A stretch of DNA of 64,000 nucleotides, taken from contig CAWVVV010000003.1 of NCBI GenBank assembly GCA_963933835.1, positions 252,271 through 316,270 of the forward strand, given 5' to 3'. Origin of the DNA: an uncultured Puniceicoccaceae bacterium (GTDB taxonomy: Bacteria > Verrucomicrobiota > Verrucomicrobiia > Opitutales > Oceanipulchritudinaceae). A program made the position numbers and the translations under genes. The notes below the pieces were generated by a model that had not been told where the DNA came from, searched no databases, and worked only from the letters and a program-made list of their open reading frames with translations. Every line of letters begins with the position of its first letter. Positions within the stretch are counted from its first letter, which is position 1. Positions 52,596 to 63,901 of the stretch are shown piece by piece.

Positions 52596-53546
52596 TTAAG
52601 CCTTCTTGCCGTAAGCCGCGTGCAGCGCCGCCGCCGTATCGAGAAAGTCAGCAGGATCGTCTGCAACGAGTGTTAAGCGCTCGCCCGTCACTGGGTGATC
52701 CAGCTCTAGTCGCGCAGCGTGTAGCATGACTCGAGGGATCACTACCTTATCGTTTTGGCGCGGACGATAGCCATAAGTGCGATCACCACAGAGAATGTGA
52801 CCAATGTGTGCACAGTGAACGCGGATTTGATGGGTACGGCCCGTGTGCAACTTAAGGTTAAGCCAACCAAAGCGTGTCCCGATACTCTCACGCAGTTTCC
52901 AGGTTGTTTTAGATTCACGTCCATCATCGCGAATCGTCATCCGCGTACGTTGCATCGAGTGACGGCCAATCGGCGCATCGATCACCCCAGCAAGTAGTCG
53001 TGGTGCATTACAGACGAGAGCGGTGTAGTGCTTTTCTAGTGACCTTTCAGCAAATGCTTGTGCGAGGCCTTGGTAACCACGGTCGCTTTTCGCCGAAATA
53101 ATCACCCCACTCGTCTCCTTGTCTAGACGGTGCACGATGCCCGGCCGCTCGACACCACCGATGCCACTGAGCTCGCCTTGGCAATGATGTAATAAAGCGT
53201 GAACGAGCGTATCTTCACCCGTGCCTGCACCCGGATGGACGACCATCCCTGGTGCTTTGTTCACCACGATAATGTCTTCGTCTTCAAAGATGACGTTAAG
53301 CGGGATATCGACAGGACAAAGCTCCAGTGGAACAGGCTCCGGTATTGAATAACTGATGACATCACCCGTATTCACCTTCGCGCTCTTGGAGAGGACATCG
53401 TCCCCAAACCAAACTCGGCCGGCGGCAAAGAGGCGCTGTACTTGACTTCGAGAAAGCTCATCGAGGTGCTCTGAGAGCGCTTTATCGGCTCTTAAATGAT
53501 GGCCATCGGCCGTTACTTCAAAGCTCTGCGTTGGTTCATCATGCAT
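52596..53546 (-). CDS. rluD: RluA/RluD family pseudouridine synthase
   Basis: S4 domain, NKAPGMVVHP, HRLDKETSG, TGRTHQIRVH. Confidence 0.9.
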   Translation of the reverse strand: MHDEPTQSFEVTADGHHLRADKALSEHLDELSRSQVQRLFAAGRVWFGDDVLSKSAKVNTGDVISYSIPEPVPLELCPVDIPLNVIFEDEDIIVVNKAPGMVVHPGAGTGEDTLVHALLHHCQGELSGIGGVERPGIVHRLDKETSGVIISAKSDRGYQGLAQAFAERSLEKHYTALVCNAPRLLAGVIDAPIGRHSMQRTRMTIRDDGRESKTTWKLRESIGTRFGWLNLKLHTGRTHQIRVHCAHIGHILCGDRTYGYRPRQNDKVVIPRVMLHAARLELDHPVTGERLTLVADDPADFLDTAAALHAAYGKKA

Positions 53547-54549
53547 GATCTAAAAGGGTTTTATCGATTTCGCTCAACCAGTGAGCCTTGTCTGCTTTCG
53601 AAAGGTCGCCATGGGCGTAGCCATTGCGGGCAAACTGCGCGAGCTCTTCGAAGGTGAAGTCTAGCTCGGTCGCCATAGCGCGGTATTCATCATCGAGAGA
53701 ATTGCCAAAAGAGATCGGATCGTCGGTGCTGATCGTGCATGTAATCCCTGCATCGATGAGCTGGCGCATCGGGTGCTCCGCCATCGACGGAACAACATCG
53801 AGCTTCACGTTACTAATCGGGCAAATATCAAGGATCACACCCTGCTCCGCAAGGAGAGCGGGCAACTCAGGATCTTCGACCGAACGAACACCATGCTGGA
53901 TGCGTTTTATATCGAATTGCTTTAGAACCTGTCGGACAAATTCCGATCCGCAGAATTCACCCGCATGGGCCTTTGTTTTACGACCACTCGCGCGGTAGCG
54001 TGCCCATAGGTCAGGCAAATTCTCAGGGACAGGGTCATCCTCAGGTCCGTGCAGATCAATCCCGTCAATAAAGGGGCAGTTCAGCGTATCATCGACCCAC
54101 TTATAAGTATTCTCGTTGTAGCCAGCGTGATGCATTCCCATGAAGAGCTTAAGCTCGAATCCTTTGGGTGCAGCAGACTTAATCGCCTCTGCATTGGCCT
54201 GAATATCACCGCCCGCGTATTCGACGATACCCGAAGCAAAACTACACTCCATGTAGTGGACATTCTGCTCGCGATGGAGTCGGCCAAAAATCTCGGAAGC
54301 GGCCTCGTAGTAGCGTTCTGGAGACGAATACCAAGCGGCAACCATATCGAGCAGTTCGACTTCGAATTGGCGGAAGTTTTTAAACTTAAAGTCCGGCGCC
54401 CATGAATCAGGCACTTTGTCATAGCGATCTGGATACGCTTCTTGAACAAAGTGAAAGGGCAAAGCGCCCTCGATGTGAAGGTGTGTCTCTGTCTTTGGGA
54501 GCGCCCGAATAAAGGCGTTCAAACGATCTAATGAATCAGCAGGAGTCAT
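53539..54549 (-). CDS. Adenosine/adenine deaminase
   Basis: PKTETHLHIEG, AHAGE, RIQHG, CPISN, STDDP. Confidence 0.92.
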   Translation of the reverse strand: MTPADSLDRLNAFIRALPKTETHLHIEGALPFHFVQEAYPDRYDKVPDSWAPDFKFKNFRQFEVELLDMVAAWYSSPERYYEAASEIFGRLHREQNVHYMECSFASGIVEYAGGDIQANAEAIKSAAPKGFELKLFMGMHHAGYNENTYKWVDDTLNCPFIDGIDLHGPEDDPVPENLPDLWARYRASGRKTKAHAGEFCGSEFVRQVLKQFDIKRIQHGVRSVEDPELPALLAEQGVILDICPISNVKLDVVPSMAEHPMRQLIDAGITCTISTDDPISFGNSLDDEYRAMATELDFTFEELAQFARNGYAHGDLSKADKAHWLSEIDKTLLDHA

Positions 54550-54563
54550 GGAATCTTTATAAA

Positions 54564-55757
54564 TTAGGCGCGGGGTTTGGACTTAACCGTCTTGCGCGCA
54601 GTCTTCTTCTTCGCAGCTGGAACCTTTTTAGCAGGATCCGCGAGGAGGTAATCGGGGTTCAGTTTCTGGAGTGAAGGCGGGACAAAGAGTCCATTCTTCC
54701 GAATCAGTTTCCCGTCGAACCAGATCTCACCTCCACCGAAGTCACGTCGCTGAATGCTGACGATATCCCAGTGGATTTGCGAACGGTTGCCGTTGTCGCC
54801 GGGTGTATTCCCATACGCTTGGCCCGGTGTGAAGTGAAAGCTACCCGCAATCTTCTCGTCGAAGAGGATATCGCGAATCGGCTGTAGAATGTGCGGGTTA
54901 AACCCAATTGCAAATTCACCGATGTAGCGTCCACCTGGATCAGAATCGAGGATGCCATTGAGTGCCTTGTTGTCACCGGCACAAGTGGCTTTGACGATCT
55001 TGCCTTTTTCGAAAGTGAATTGGATCCGATCAAAAGAGATCCCGCGATAGACCGTCGGAGCGTTGTAAGTGATCACCCCTTCGACACTGTCGCGCACTGG
55101 AGCGGAGAAGACTTCACCGTCGGGGATATTATATTCCCCCGCGCACATGATTCCGCCCATGCCTTCGAGCGAGAAACTCAGATTGGTTTCTGGGCCTTTG
55201 ATCTCCACCTTCTCGGCTTTGTCGAAAGCTTTCTTAAGGGCGCGCTGTCCCGGCAACATCCTGCCGTAGTCCTGCGTGCAAACACGGAAGTAAAAGTCTT
55301 CAAAGCTCTCGGTGCTCGTCAGCGCCTGTTGCGCCATCGCACCGGTCGGCCAGCGGAGGACAACCCATTTCGTTTGTTGTACGCGGTAGTTATGGACCTT
55401 CCGCATCGCGCTCATCGCGACTTCCATCTTTTTAGCCGGGATATCCGACGCTTCAAAAATATTATTCGCACCGCGCAATGCGATGTAGGCGTCCATCCCC
55501 TTCATCCGTGAAAGCTCATACGAAGCTTGAACGCTCAAGTGTTCACGGCTTGTCTCGAGGAGCAGCTCCCGCCCAATACGAGCCGTATTGAGCTGGACGT
55601 AGGGCAGCGCTTTGCGCGCCCGCACTTCACGAACAAGGGCGATCACCATCGCCTCGGGCACATCGTAGGCATCGATGAGAACGCGTTCGCCCTTCTTCAG
55701 CTTAATAGAATAGCCGACGAGGTTTTTCGCTAATTCGTGATAACGGGGATCCATCAT
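54564..55757 (-). CDS. M29 (AmpS/PepS) aminopeptidase
   Basis: [36 protein letters not shown]. Confidence 0.93.
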   Translation of the reverse strand: MMDPRYHELAKNLVGYSIKLKKGERVLIDAYDVPEAMVIALVREVRARKALPYVQLNTARIGRELLLETSREHLSVQASYELSRMKGMDAYIALRGANNIFEASDIPAKKMEVAMSAMRKVHNYRVQQTKWVVLRWPTGAMAQQALTSTESFEDFYFRVCTQDYGRMLPGQRALKKAFDKAEKVEIKGPETNLSFSLEGMGGIMCAGEYNIPDGEVFSAPVRDSVEGVITYNAPTVYRGISFDRIQFTFEKGKIVKATCAGDNKALNGILDSDPGGRYIGEFAIGFNPHILQPIRDILFDEKIAGSFHFTPGQAYGNTPGDNGNRSQIHWDIVSIQRRDFGGGEIWFDGKLIRKNGLFVPPSLQKLNPDYLLADPAKKVPAAKKKTARKTVKSKPRA

Positions 55758-55847
55758 GCGCTCACAATGAAAGCCCCCGAGCGCGTTTGTCGAGGAGCCA
55801 TGCGGATGAATTCTACAACTGACTAAAGCGGGCCGAAGGCGGCGGCT

Positions 55848-57050
55848 CTAGCGCCCACGGCGAATGACCGAACCTTCAAAGGTGATGTTGAAGCGATAAA
55901 CGCGTTTTCGGCGCGTAACGATGCTACCGGTATCGAGGTCGATACGGTCTGGAATCTCTTCCTGGTGAATATCGATTGCAGCACGGTATCCACGCTCGGA
56001 AAAGATATCGATCACCATCGCGAGTGCATCTGGGTTTCGGAAAATCGGATCCTCAGAGCTGATGTATGCGCGACCTCCGATCGCGTGACGGCGGATGATA
56101 GGGAAAAATGTCTCCTCGACCAATTCGACGATGTGGCGGAACAAGTCGGCGTCGGTCCGGACATATTTGTCGAGCCGTTCAACCAGTGCCTGACGCGCAT
56201 GGACAATAATGCTCTGCGAGACCGGAATCTTGTCGATGAGCGCATAGGTCGCCTGATCCAGCTCCAACGAACTCTGGTACTTGAGCTCACGAACAATCGC
56301 CTCCTGCACGGCCTCGATCGACTGCTGCGCATTGACGTAGTGATAGTGAAAGACTTCACGGAGCGAGGTGAGCGACTCGTAGGTTACCTCTTTAAATGTT
56401 CGGTAACGGTTCCGCGCCAGATCAGACGAGAGGTCCGTCTTGCGCACATCGCTCTTTGCATCTTTGTCGTCACCAGCCAGATCGATGGATTGCTCACCGC
56501 GTTTGAGCTGACGTTCGACCGAGACGGCCTCATCGACGTAGAGCACGACGATGTGAAAGACTGGCTTGTAGAGCGTGTGGTCTTCGCCTGTGACGAGACG
56601 CTCGCGGCGGAGATCCATCAGCCGCTGGTAAAAAAGTTTGAGACACTGGACCTGCACCATGGTGCGAGGATAACCATCGATCACGACGCCGGTGTTACGC
56701 TCTGGCTTGAGAAGCTCGGCCATGAGAAGCTCCGTCACTTCTCCATCTCCGACCATCATTCCTGCATCCTTGAGGCGGAGCGCTTCGGGACTCTTGAGCA
56801 GCTCCGAGATCAAAATCGGCTTCGCCGTGAGGCCCGTATACTCCATAATGAAACGCGTCTGCGTTCCTTTACCAGCACCAGGAGCACCGTTGAGCCAAAA
56901 GATCTCGCGAGGGAAACGGAGTTTCTCAAGTCCATGCTCACGCTCTAGTTTGGCCCAGACACGATTAAAGATAAGCTGTGCATCCTTGATCTCAAGATCG
57001 AGGGTGCGGGCTTCGCGCTTCAGCGCTGATTCAGGCAGATGGCTACTCAT
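55848..57050 (-). CDS. adk: Adenylate kinase-like protein with N- and C-terminal extensions
   Basis: GAPGAGKGTQ, GMMVGD, IDGYPRT..Q; start ATG 57050. Confidence 0.8.
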   Translation of the reverse strand: MSSHLPESALKREARTLDLEIKDAQLIFNRVWAKLEREHGLEKLRFPREIFWLNGAPGAGKGTQTRFIMEYTGLTAKPILISELLKSPEALRLKDAGMMVGDGEVTELLMAELLKPERNTGVVIDGYPRTMVQVQCLKLFYQRLMDLRRERLVTGEDHTLYKPVFHIVVLYVDEAVSVERQLKRGEQSIDLAGDDKDAKSDVRKTDLSSDLARNRYRTFKEVTYESLTSLREVFHYHYVNAQQSIEAVQEAIVRELKYQSSLELDQATYALIDKIPVSQSIIVHARQALVERLDKYVRTDADLFRHIVELVEETFFPIIRRHAIGGRAYISSEDPIFRNPDALAMVIDIFSERGYRAAIDIHQEEIPDRIDLDTGSIVTRRKRVYRFNITFEGSVIRRGR

Positions 57051-57219
57051 TGAATAACAAAAAAACGGCGGAAGGCTCCTCCGCGGTAGAGTGACTGGCA
57101 AACCTCAATTCTACTCAAAGCCCAAGAAAGTGCCTCGGCTCTTGATTCTAAGGGCGAAATCTTTCACTAATTTACCTCAGACGTGATCTCCCCTCGGCAC
57201 GATCACGCCCTTCCATCTT

Positions 57220-57702
57220 ATGGACATCAACGCACTTCTCCTCACGATCGGCCTACCGGCATTCTTTGCCTCCCGAGCCTTCACGACCACTTTTGTAACC
57301 GCGCTCGTCCTGCATTTTGGCGATACACTGCCCTATCTTAAAGACTTGGAGTTTCTCCAGGCGACGGGAGCAGAGCCTATTTGGTTTACCAGTATCCCCA
57401 TGCTCATGGGCCTTGGCACCCTTGCCGTCCTCGAACTCGTTGGAACAAAGTTCACCGAGGCAGAAGAGCTGCTCGGAGAAGTCCACAAATACTCTAAGAC
57501 AGGGATGTCCTTCCTCACCACGATGGGGATTCTCTCGGCCAAGGATACCGGTTTCATTGAAGGTGTCTTCGATCAGGGTAGGGTCGGTTGTCCCCAACCG
57601 ACCGTCGCGTTTCCATTCAAATCGGATCCTTTCCTTACATCACCAGCTCGGCGCTCTAGGGACAGAGCGCGAGCGCCCTACCTAATGTTCCCTGTCGCTT
57701 AA
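57220..57702 (+). pseudogene. Membrane protein (DUF4126-like), apparently truncated at a REP pair
   Basis: Hydrophobic N-terminus (..ASRAF..WF..LAVLE..K); protein-like character ends at 57575, where the REP begins. Confidence 0.55.
57575..57683. repeat. REPIN-like inverted pair of GTAG REPs
   Basis: 57575-57604 is the exact reverse complement of 622-651; a variant REP in the opposite orientation at 57649-57683. Confidence 0.82.
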
Positions 57703-57712
57703 CTCCAGCGCT

Positions 57713-58966
57713 CTACTCGTAGCGGAGCGCTTCGACAGGATCGAGCTTTGCTGCACGCCACGCTGGATACATCCCAAAGCCGACTCCAATGATGGAGCAG
57801 ACGATGACCGCTGCCGTCATCCAGAACCATGGGATGATCATACTTGCATTGAGGAAGGTGGCGATGACGTTGCCTAAGACAACACCCCCTAGAATTCCAA
57901 AAGCCGCCCCTGCCTCGCTGAGAAAGACGGACTCAAGGAGAAATTGTAGTAGGATGTTACGCTTTCGTGCGCCTAAAGCCTTCCTCACTCCGATCTCACG
58001 CGTTCGCTCTGTCACGCTCACGAGCATGATCGCCATGATACCAACTCCGGCGCAGACCAGTGCAACACCACTGACCCCAAGGCTGACCATTCCTACAAGG
58101 AGAGCGATTTCTGCAAAGATCGCCTGCAGCGCCTCATTCGAGGTGATCTCAAAATTGTTTTCATCCTCAGGCTCAAGCTCACGCGCCAATCGCATCGCAC
58201 CGATGATCGTATTCTCTGCCGACGGCATTTCCTCAGGGGATGGGGCCTGCACGTTGATATCCATCGACCGCCAGTGATTCCAGTTATTCGCGACAAAGCG
58301 CGGGAATGGAATGAGGGCGATGTTATCCATTGCTTGACCAAATATTTCGCCCCGCTCAGCCAAAATACCCACAATCAAGTAGCGATTACCATCGAGTAGG
58401 ATCAATTTATCGAGCGGATCTTCATTTGGAAAAAGCTCCCCTACGAGGTCTTGCCCAACGACGGCGACTGGGCGATTAAAGTCGATATCGCCCAGGGTAA
58501 GGTTACGCCCGGCTTCCAATTCGTATTTATTCGTAAGGAGAAAGTTTTCGTTGCTTCCAATGATGGTGAACGAGGGGTTCGTCCTCTTTTCTCTATAGGA
58601 CGCCCGCTCTCCACGGTCCTCTGCCATGATCGAGGTCGGCAGTCCCTCTGCATCCATCATCTCCTTAAAGTCCAAAGCCTGCTTCGGCGTGATCGGTGGA
58701 CGGCGGCTGCGCCTCGGTCCATGATTGGCTTCGAGTGCTGAATTACGGCTCACTTGCAAAACATTCGCCCCGAAGACCTTCAACTCGTTGTCGATACTTT
58801 GACGAACGGCCGAGAGCGCTGTCATCACAATGACAACGGAAAAGACCCCGATCGACACGCCCAAGATAGTGAGCAAAGACCGCACGACATTGCTCCCAAG
58901 CGAGTTCAGCGCGAGGAGGAAGAGGTCAACCGGGCGGAGCCCTCCACGCTCTGGAAGATTATTCAT
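57713..58966 (-). CDS. MacB-type ABC permease
   Basis: RSLLTILGVSIGV, VSVTERTREIGVRKALGA, YPAWRAAKLDPVEALRYE; start ATG 58966. Confidence 0.95.
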   Translation of the reverse strand: MNNLPERGGLRPVDLFLLALNSLGSNVVRSLLTILGVSIGVFSVVIVMTALSAVRQSIDNELKVFGANVLQVSRNSALEANHGPRRSRRPPITPKQALDFKEMMDAEGLPTSIMAEDRGERASYREKRTNPSFTIIGSNENFLLTNKYELEAGRNLTLGDIDFNRPVAVVGQDLVGELFPNEDPLDKLILLDGNRYLIVGILAERGEIFGQAMDNIALIPFPRFVANNWNHWRSMDINVQAPSPEEMPSAENTIIGAMRLARELEPEDENNFEITSNEALQAIFAEIALLVGMVSLGVSGVALVCAGVGIMAIMLVSVTERTREIGVRKALGARKRNILLQFLLESVFLSEAGAAFGILGGVVLGNVIATFLNASMIIPWFWMTAAVIVCSIIGVGFGMYPAWRAAKLDPVEALRYE

Positions 58967-60248
58967 GACGGAGGGCGTTAGCGGGATCCATCCGCGAGGC
59001 AAGCCAAGCAGGGACAAACCCCGCAGCGATACCCGTGCAGACTGAAATGATGACAGCAAAGGCAACAAGCTCCGGAGAGAGACTTGTGCTGAAGTAAAAA
59101 TCTTTTGTCCCCAGAAACGCCTCAATCCCCAGTTGGCATATCTTCGCCAACCCTAAACCAATCGCACCACCAATCAAACTGACAAAAGCGGCCTCGACGA
59201 GAAACTGTAGTAGAATCGTCACTCGTCTTGCACCGACGGCTCGTCGAGTGCCAATCTCCTGCGTGCGCTCCCTGACACTGACAAAGGTGATGTTCATGAT
59301 CCCAATCGCTCCAACAAACAGAGACAGACTTGTAATCCCAAGACCCGCCATCGCGACGACACCCGTGACTCGACCAAGCTGATCCTCAATCATGTCGGAT
59401 GAATTCACTTCAAAGTCTTCTTCTTCGCCGGGAAGCAGTCCGCGAATGCGTCGCATTGCCCCGATAACCTCATCGCGAGCAACCTCACGATCGGCCTCCG
59501 GCTTCTTTAAAACACGGATAGAGGTGGTATCTCGCCGGCGACTACCGACAAAGAATTTGCGCATCGAGCTCAGAGGCATGACGGCGTTACGATCCCAGCT
59601 TTGCATCCCCAAGAAGTCGCCTTGTTCTGCAAATACGCCAAGAACGGTGAACTTGATCTTGGAGAGACTGATAACCTGCCCAACAGCGTGTTCCCTACCT
59701 TCAGGGAAGAGGGCCTCGGCGACTTCTGAACCGAGCAGAGTTAGGTTCTGTCCACTCAGGGCTTCGGCTTCACTAAAAAATCGGCCATGTTCAACTTCAT
59801 TGCTCCCGAGGAGGTTAAACGCTGCCGTCGTCCCAAAGATGATGACATTATCAATAGATAGGTTATCCCGTTGAAGACCTGTAAAATGGGCGACTGTCGG
59901 GGCCGCAAGGAAGAGATCGGAACGCGGATTTTGAGCGATCATCTGGTTAAGCTCTTCCGCATAACTTGCCTCAAGATGCGTGCGATTGCGGAATTTCATC
60001 CAATCGTCGCCCACATCGCGCCAGGGAAATTTCTCGATGTAAAACAGATCACTGCCGAGCAAACTTAGGCTGCTCTTGATCCCATCATTGAGCCCACTGA
60101 CGAGGACTCCCATGAGAATGACAGCCCACACTCCAATGATCACACCTAGGGCGGTCAGAATGGAACGGAGGATGTGTGCTCGAAGCTGTTCGATCGCAAT
60201 TCGAATGCTCTCCCATAATTCCAAAAATAGTTTCCGCACAGCCCTCAT
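58959..60248 (-). CDS. MacB-type ABC permease
   Basis: RSILTALGVIIGV, VSVRERTQEIG, ASRMDPANALRHE. Confidence 0.95.
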   Translation of the reverse strand: MRAVRKLFLELWESIRIAIEQLRAHILRSILTALGVIIGVWAVILMGVLVSGLNDGIKSSLSLLGSDLFYIEKFPWRDVGDDWMKFRNRTHLEASYAEELNQMIAQNPRSDLFLAAPTVAHFTGLQRDNLSIDNVIIFGTTAAFNLLGSNEVEHGRFFSEAEALSGQNLTLLGSEVAEALFPEGREHAVGQVISLSKIKFTVLGVFAEQGDFLGMQSWDRNAVMPLSSMRKFFVGSRRRDTTSIRVLKKPEADREVARDEVIGAMRRIRGLLPGEEEDFEVNSSDMIEDQLGRVTGVVAMAGLGITSLSLFVGAIGIMNITFVSVRERTQEIGTRRAVGARRVTILLQFLVEAAFVSLIGGAIGLGLAKICQLGIEAFLGTKDFYFSTSLSPELVAFAVIISVCTGIAAGFVPAWLASRMDPANALRHE

Positions 60249-60952
60249 TATTGAGCTATCGTTTTTGCGATCGTCTCGTCGCTCTCAATCAGTCCATCAC
60301 GCAAGCGGATATGGCGTGAAGCGTGTTTAGCGATGTCCTCTTCGTGTGTTACGAGAATGATCGTGTGACCTTGACTCTGAAGTTCGTCGAAGAGGGCCAT
60401 GATCTCGATGCCCGTCTTAGAGTCGAGGTTACCGGTCGGCTCATCAGCGAGGATGATCGATGGTTCGGTGACAAGGGCTCGAGCGATGGCAACGCGCTGT
60501 CGCTGACCGCCTGAGAGTTCATTCGGCCGATGATCCATGCGATCGCCGAGTCCAACACGCTCTAGAGCAGCCTCAGCCCGTTGGGTCCTCTCAGAACGCG
60601 AGATACCGGTATAGACGAGGGGCAATTCCACATTGCGAAGGGTCGAGGAACGAGGAAGGAGGTTGAAACTCTGGAAGACGAAACCGATGCGGCGGTTACG
60701 GATGTCAGCAAGCTGGTTGTCGCTCATGCGGGCGACGTCTTCACCCGCGAAGAGGTAATCCCCCGCCGTTGGCGTATCAAGACACCCGAGCATATTCATG
60801 AGGGTGGACTTGCCACTGCCCGAAGGGCCCATGATGGCAACATACTCACTATCGTAGAGGATCAGATCAATTCCGGCGAGAGCATGCACCTGCGTACGTC
60901 CAAGATCGTAAACCTTCGTAACGCCTGTGATTTGAATGAGTGGGGCTGCCAT
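60248..60952 (-). CDS. ABC ATPase (MacB/LolD-like)
   Basis: [29 protein letters not shown]. Confidence 0.97.
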   Translation of the reverse strand: MAAPLIQITGVTKVYDLGRTQVHALAGIDLILYDSEYVAIMGPSGSGKSTLMNMLGCLDTPTAGDYLFAGEDVARMSDNQLADIRNRRIGFVFQSFNLLPRSSTLRNVELPLVYTGISRSERTQRAEAALERVGLGDRMDHRPNELSGGQRQRVAIARALVTEPSIILADEPTGNLDSKTGIEIMALFDELQSQGHTIILVTHEEDIAKHASRHIRLRDGLIESDETIAKTIAQ

Positions 60953-60988
60953 TGTATCCAGTTAGTTAAGACTTAATCGCCTTCGATC

Positions 60989-62305
60989 CTAAGAATCTTT
61001 GCCACTCTTCTTGTCCCTACTTCCACCTTCGCGGCTTTTCTTATCTTCAACCGCGACGGCTTGGTCGTGTTTGAGTTCTCGGGCGAGGACCCGATAGCTG
61101 CCAGTGACAACTTCATCACCCACTGAAATTCCTGATGTAATCTCGATCCAGCGGTTGTCAGCAATTCCAGTTTCAACACGGGCGAGGATCGCTTTACCCT
61201 CTTCAACGCGGAAGACTAGGCGTTGCAGATTATCACGACGACGGCGGTCTTTGTCATTTTTGTCGCCGTTCTCTTTCTGTTCGTCATCCGCCACATCGTC
61301 TTTGGGCGACTCTTCATCAAGCTGCTTACGCACATCGGATTTAGCCCGAACCGTGACCGCCTGTAGTGGAACTTTAATTACATTTGAATGTGTCTTCGTC
61401 TTGATGTCCGCCGTCGCCGTCATTCCGGGGCGAATTTGAACCGAAGTCTCAAGCAGCTTCACTTTAACTTTAAAGGTCGTTAGCTGGTCCTGTGAACGTT
61501 GATTTGAGGTGTCAGCAGAGTTTGCGATCTCGGTCACCTCTCCGACAAAAACTCGATCAGGGAAGGCATCAATTTCGATGTCAGCGGCGTCACCAATCTT
61601 CACTTCAACAATATCCGCTTCACTCACATCGACCTGCACCTCCATTTTATCGAGATCGGCAATCCGCATAATCTCGGTCCCTTCGAACTGGCCTGTGCCC
61701 ACGACGCGGTCGCCCAGCTCAGAATTCAGAACCGTGATGGTGCCATCGATGGGGGCGTATGTCGTCGCTTTTGCGAGCGAATCACGTGCTTCCTTCAGCT
61801 GCATTTCTTGCTGCTCGATGCGTGAAAGCGTCGCGTCGAAAGAGGCTTTACCGATTTCGTAGGTAGTGCTGGCTTCGTCGACGCTATCTTGCGTGGCAAA
61901 GCCTTTAGCAAAGAGGTTTTTGATCCGCTTGAGATTTAATTCAGATTGGAGCATCTGGGCGCGGGCTTGTTGGCTATTGGCCTCCGATGCACGCAGCGCT
62001 GCTTCCTGCTGTGCCGCTTGCGCGTCGAGGGTGTCCGTATTGACTCGAACAAGAAGCGCTCCGCGCGCAACCGATTTACCCTCTTGAACAGAGAGCTGAA
62101 TGATCTCTCCAGGAACCCCCGAGGAAATGCGCACTTCCGTCTCGGGAAAGATTTTGCCCGTCGCGGTGACAACACTCGTGATGTCACCCTCGATAACTTT
62201 AGCAATCGTGACCATCGTCTCGGTCTGTTTTTTGCCCTTAAAGACGAGGGCACCCCCCACAGCAAGAATGATGACAAGGGTGAGAATAATGAGGATCTTC
62301 TTCAT
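60989..62305 (-). CDS. MacA-like periplasmic adaptor (membrane fusion protein)
   Basis: N-terminal TM, ATGKI, coiled hairpin, APIDGTI, RPGMTA. Confidence 0.94.
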   Translation of the reverse strand: MKKILIILTLVIILAVGGALVFKGKKQTETMVTIAKVIEGDITSVVTATGKIFPETEVRISSGVPGEIIQLSVQEGKSVARGALLVRVNTDTLDAQAAQQEAALRASEANSQQARAQMLQSELNLKRIKNLFAKGFATQDSVDEASTTYEIGKASFDATLSRIEQQEMQLKEARDSLAKATTYAPIDGTITVLNSELGDRVVGTGQFEGTEIMRIADLDKMEVQVDVSEADIVEVKIGDAADIEIDAFPDRVFVGEVTEIANSADTSNQRSQDQLTTFKVKVKLLETSVQIRPGMTATADIKTKTHSNVIKVPLQAVTVRAKSDVRKQLDEESPKDDVADDEQKENGDKNDKDRRRRDNLQRLVFRVEEGKAILARVETGIADNRWIEITSGISVGDEVVTGSYRVLARELKHDQAVAVEDKKSREGGSRDKKSGKDS

Positions 62306-62353
62306 GAGTTAGCGGGGAAAGTGGGGGGGTAGAGAAAGGGAGGCTATCGACGT

Positions 62354-63901
62354 TTAAGGCTGAGAGAGTGCTGCATTCCAGCTCAGACCATGTCGTTCAA
62401 GCAGACTTCCACGTATGCGCTCAAGCGAGACTTCGGCTTGAATCGCCGCAGAGCGTGCACTGAGGAGACTGAGCTGAGCATCATCCAGGTCTGTCCGTAT
62501 TTCGAGAACGTCGCGCAGGGTTGAAAGCCCTTCATCAAGTTTTACGCGTTCTTGTTCAAAGGTCTGTTCTTGCAGGCGGAGAACGAGTTCGGCCGCCCGC
62601 AGACGCTGCTTACGTGTATCCAGTTCTCTCCACGCTGAGCGCACTTCTTGGAGCAAATCTTGCCTAATTTCGAGCAGCTGAAGCTCGGCTTGATCGAGAC
62701 GACGATCCGCATTGCGCCAGCCAGCACGCGCAGCGCGTTGGCCGAGGGGATAGTTAAAGCTAAATTCGACACTCCACGCTTCGCGCTCATCATCAAGCAA
62801 GCGATCATAAGCGTCTTCGGCATCCTGTTCAGAACGGCCTCCAACGGTTGCGGAGAGGCTAAGGTCGAGCTCTGGTTTCCGAGCATTGCGCGCCACGATG
62901 CGATCGATTTCACGCTGAGTAACAACCTCTTGCTGCCGAAGACTGGTATAGTCGCTGCCCATTGCATCACGCCATACTGAGGCGAGCTCAGGAGTTTCGT
63001 TCGTAATCAGTGGGAGTTCAGCCACATCAATATCAACCGAGAGCGCGAGGGCATAGTCCATCCGGCCAAGCAGCCTTAGGAGACGGTCTTTAGATTCATC
63101 GACCGACTGTTGGGCAACGAGGATATCCTCGATCCGCTGCGCGAGATTCGCCTCTGCTTGAATCACATCCAGCGCGGTCAGAAGCCCAAGCTCCTCACGC
63201 TCACGCGTTTCTTCGAGGAGGCGTTCAGCGAGTTCCCTGTTTGTATCCGTCAGCAGCCTCCGGGCATTCGCCTCGGCGAGGCTCCAATAGGCAAGCTCGA
63301 CTGATTCTAAAAGCTCGAGTGTTCCATCGCGCAACTGCAAGCGTGCGATACGCTGACTCGCTCTTGCCTTGTTAAGATCGGCCGTTGCAACCTTCGCGCC
63401 AAAGTCTCGCAGCAGAGGCTGCGTCACCCCCACCGTGATGCCACTTGTTGCGATCAACTGACCACCCACGACCTGATCAAAGTCTTCATTATAGCTACTC
63501 CCATCGTTTCTACGCAGGTTAGTGCGCGCCGAGAGCGTCGCGTTCGTTAAGGCGAGTCGCTTACTAACACCCGCGCTGTATGAGCGGGAGTCGTTTGTAG
63601 TAAGAAAGTCGTCGTCCTCACTTTGCCCCAGCGAAATATCAGCATTCAGGACTGGGTCGAAGCTAGCGGATTCAATCACCACGTCATCCTCGGCGATGAG
63701 CGGATCATAGCGGTCGATGCGCAGAGACAGGTTGTTCACCAAAGCTTCGTCGATAGCATCTGCGAGGGTGAGCATCGGCCCACGCTCAATCGCTTCCTGT
63801 CCGTGCAGGCTGAGCGCACAGGCAAAGCCACTGAGAAGGCAGACTAGTCGGGTTGGTTTCAAAGGTACGAAACGGAACTTTGAGCGATTAAGCGAATTCA
63901 C
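62354..63901 (-). CDS. TolC-family outer membrane channel
   Basis: Signal peptide, LTLADAIDEALVNN, TQPLLRDFG, two helical repeats; first gene of the exporter operon. Confidence 0.92.
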   Translation of the reverse strand: MNSLNRSKFRFVPLKPTRLVCLLSGFACALSLHGQEAIERGPMLTLADAIDEALVNNLSLRIDRYDPLIAEDDVVIESASFDPVLNADISLGQSEDDDFLTTNDSRSYSAGVSKRLALTNATLSARTNLRRNDGSSYNEDFDQVVGGQLIATSGITVGVTQPLLRDFGAKVATADLNKARASQRIARLQLRDGTLELLESVELAYWSLAEANARRLLTDTNRELAERLLEETREREELGLLTALDVIQAEANLAQRIEDILVAQQSVDESKDRLLRLLGRMDYALALSVDIDVAELPLITNETPELASVWRDAMGSDYTSLRQQEVVTQREIDRIVARNARKPELDLSLSATVGGRSEQDAEDAYDRLLDDEREAWSVEFSFNYPLGQRAARAGWRNADRRLDQAELQLLEIRQDLLQEVRSAWRELDTRKQRLRAAELVLRLQEQTFEQERVKLDEGLSTLRDVLEIRTDLDDAQLSLLSARSAAIQAEVSLERIRGSLLERHGLSWNAALSQP

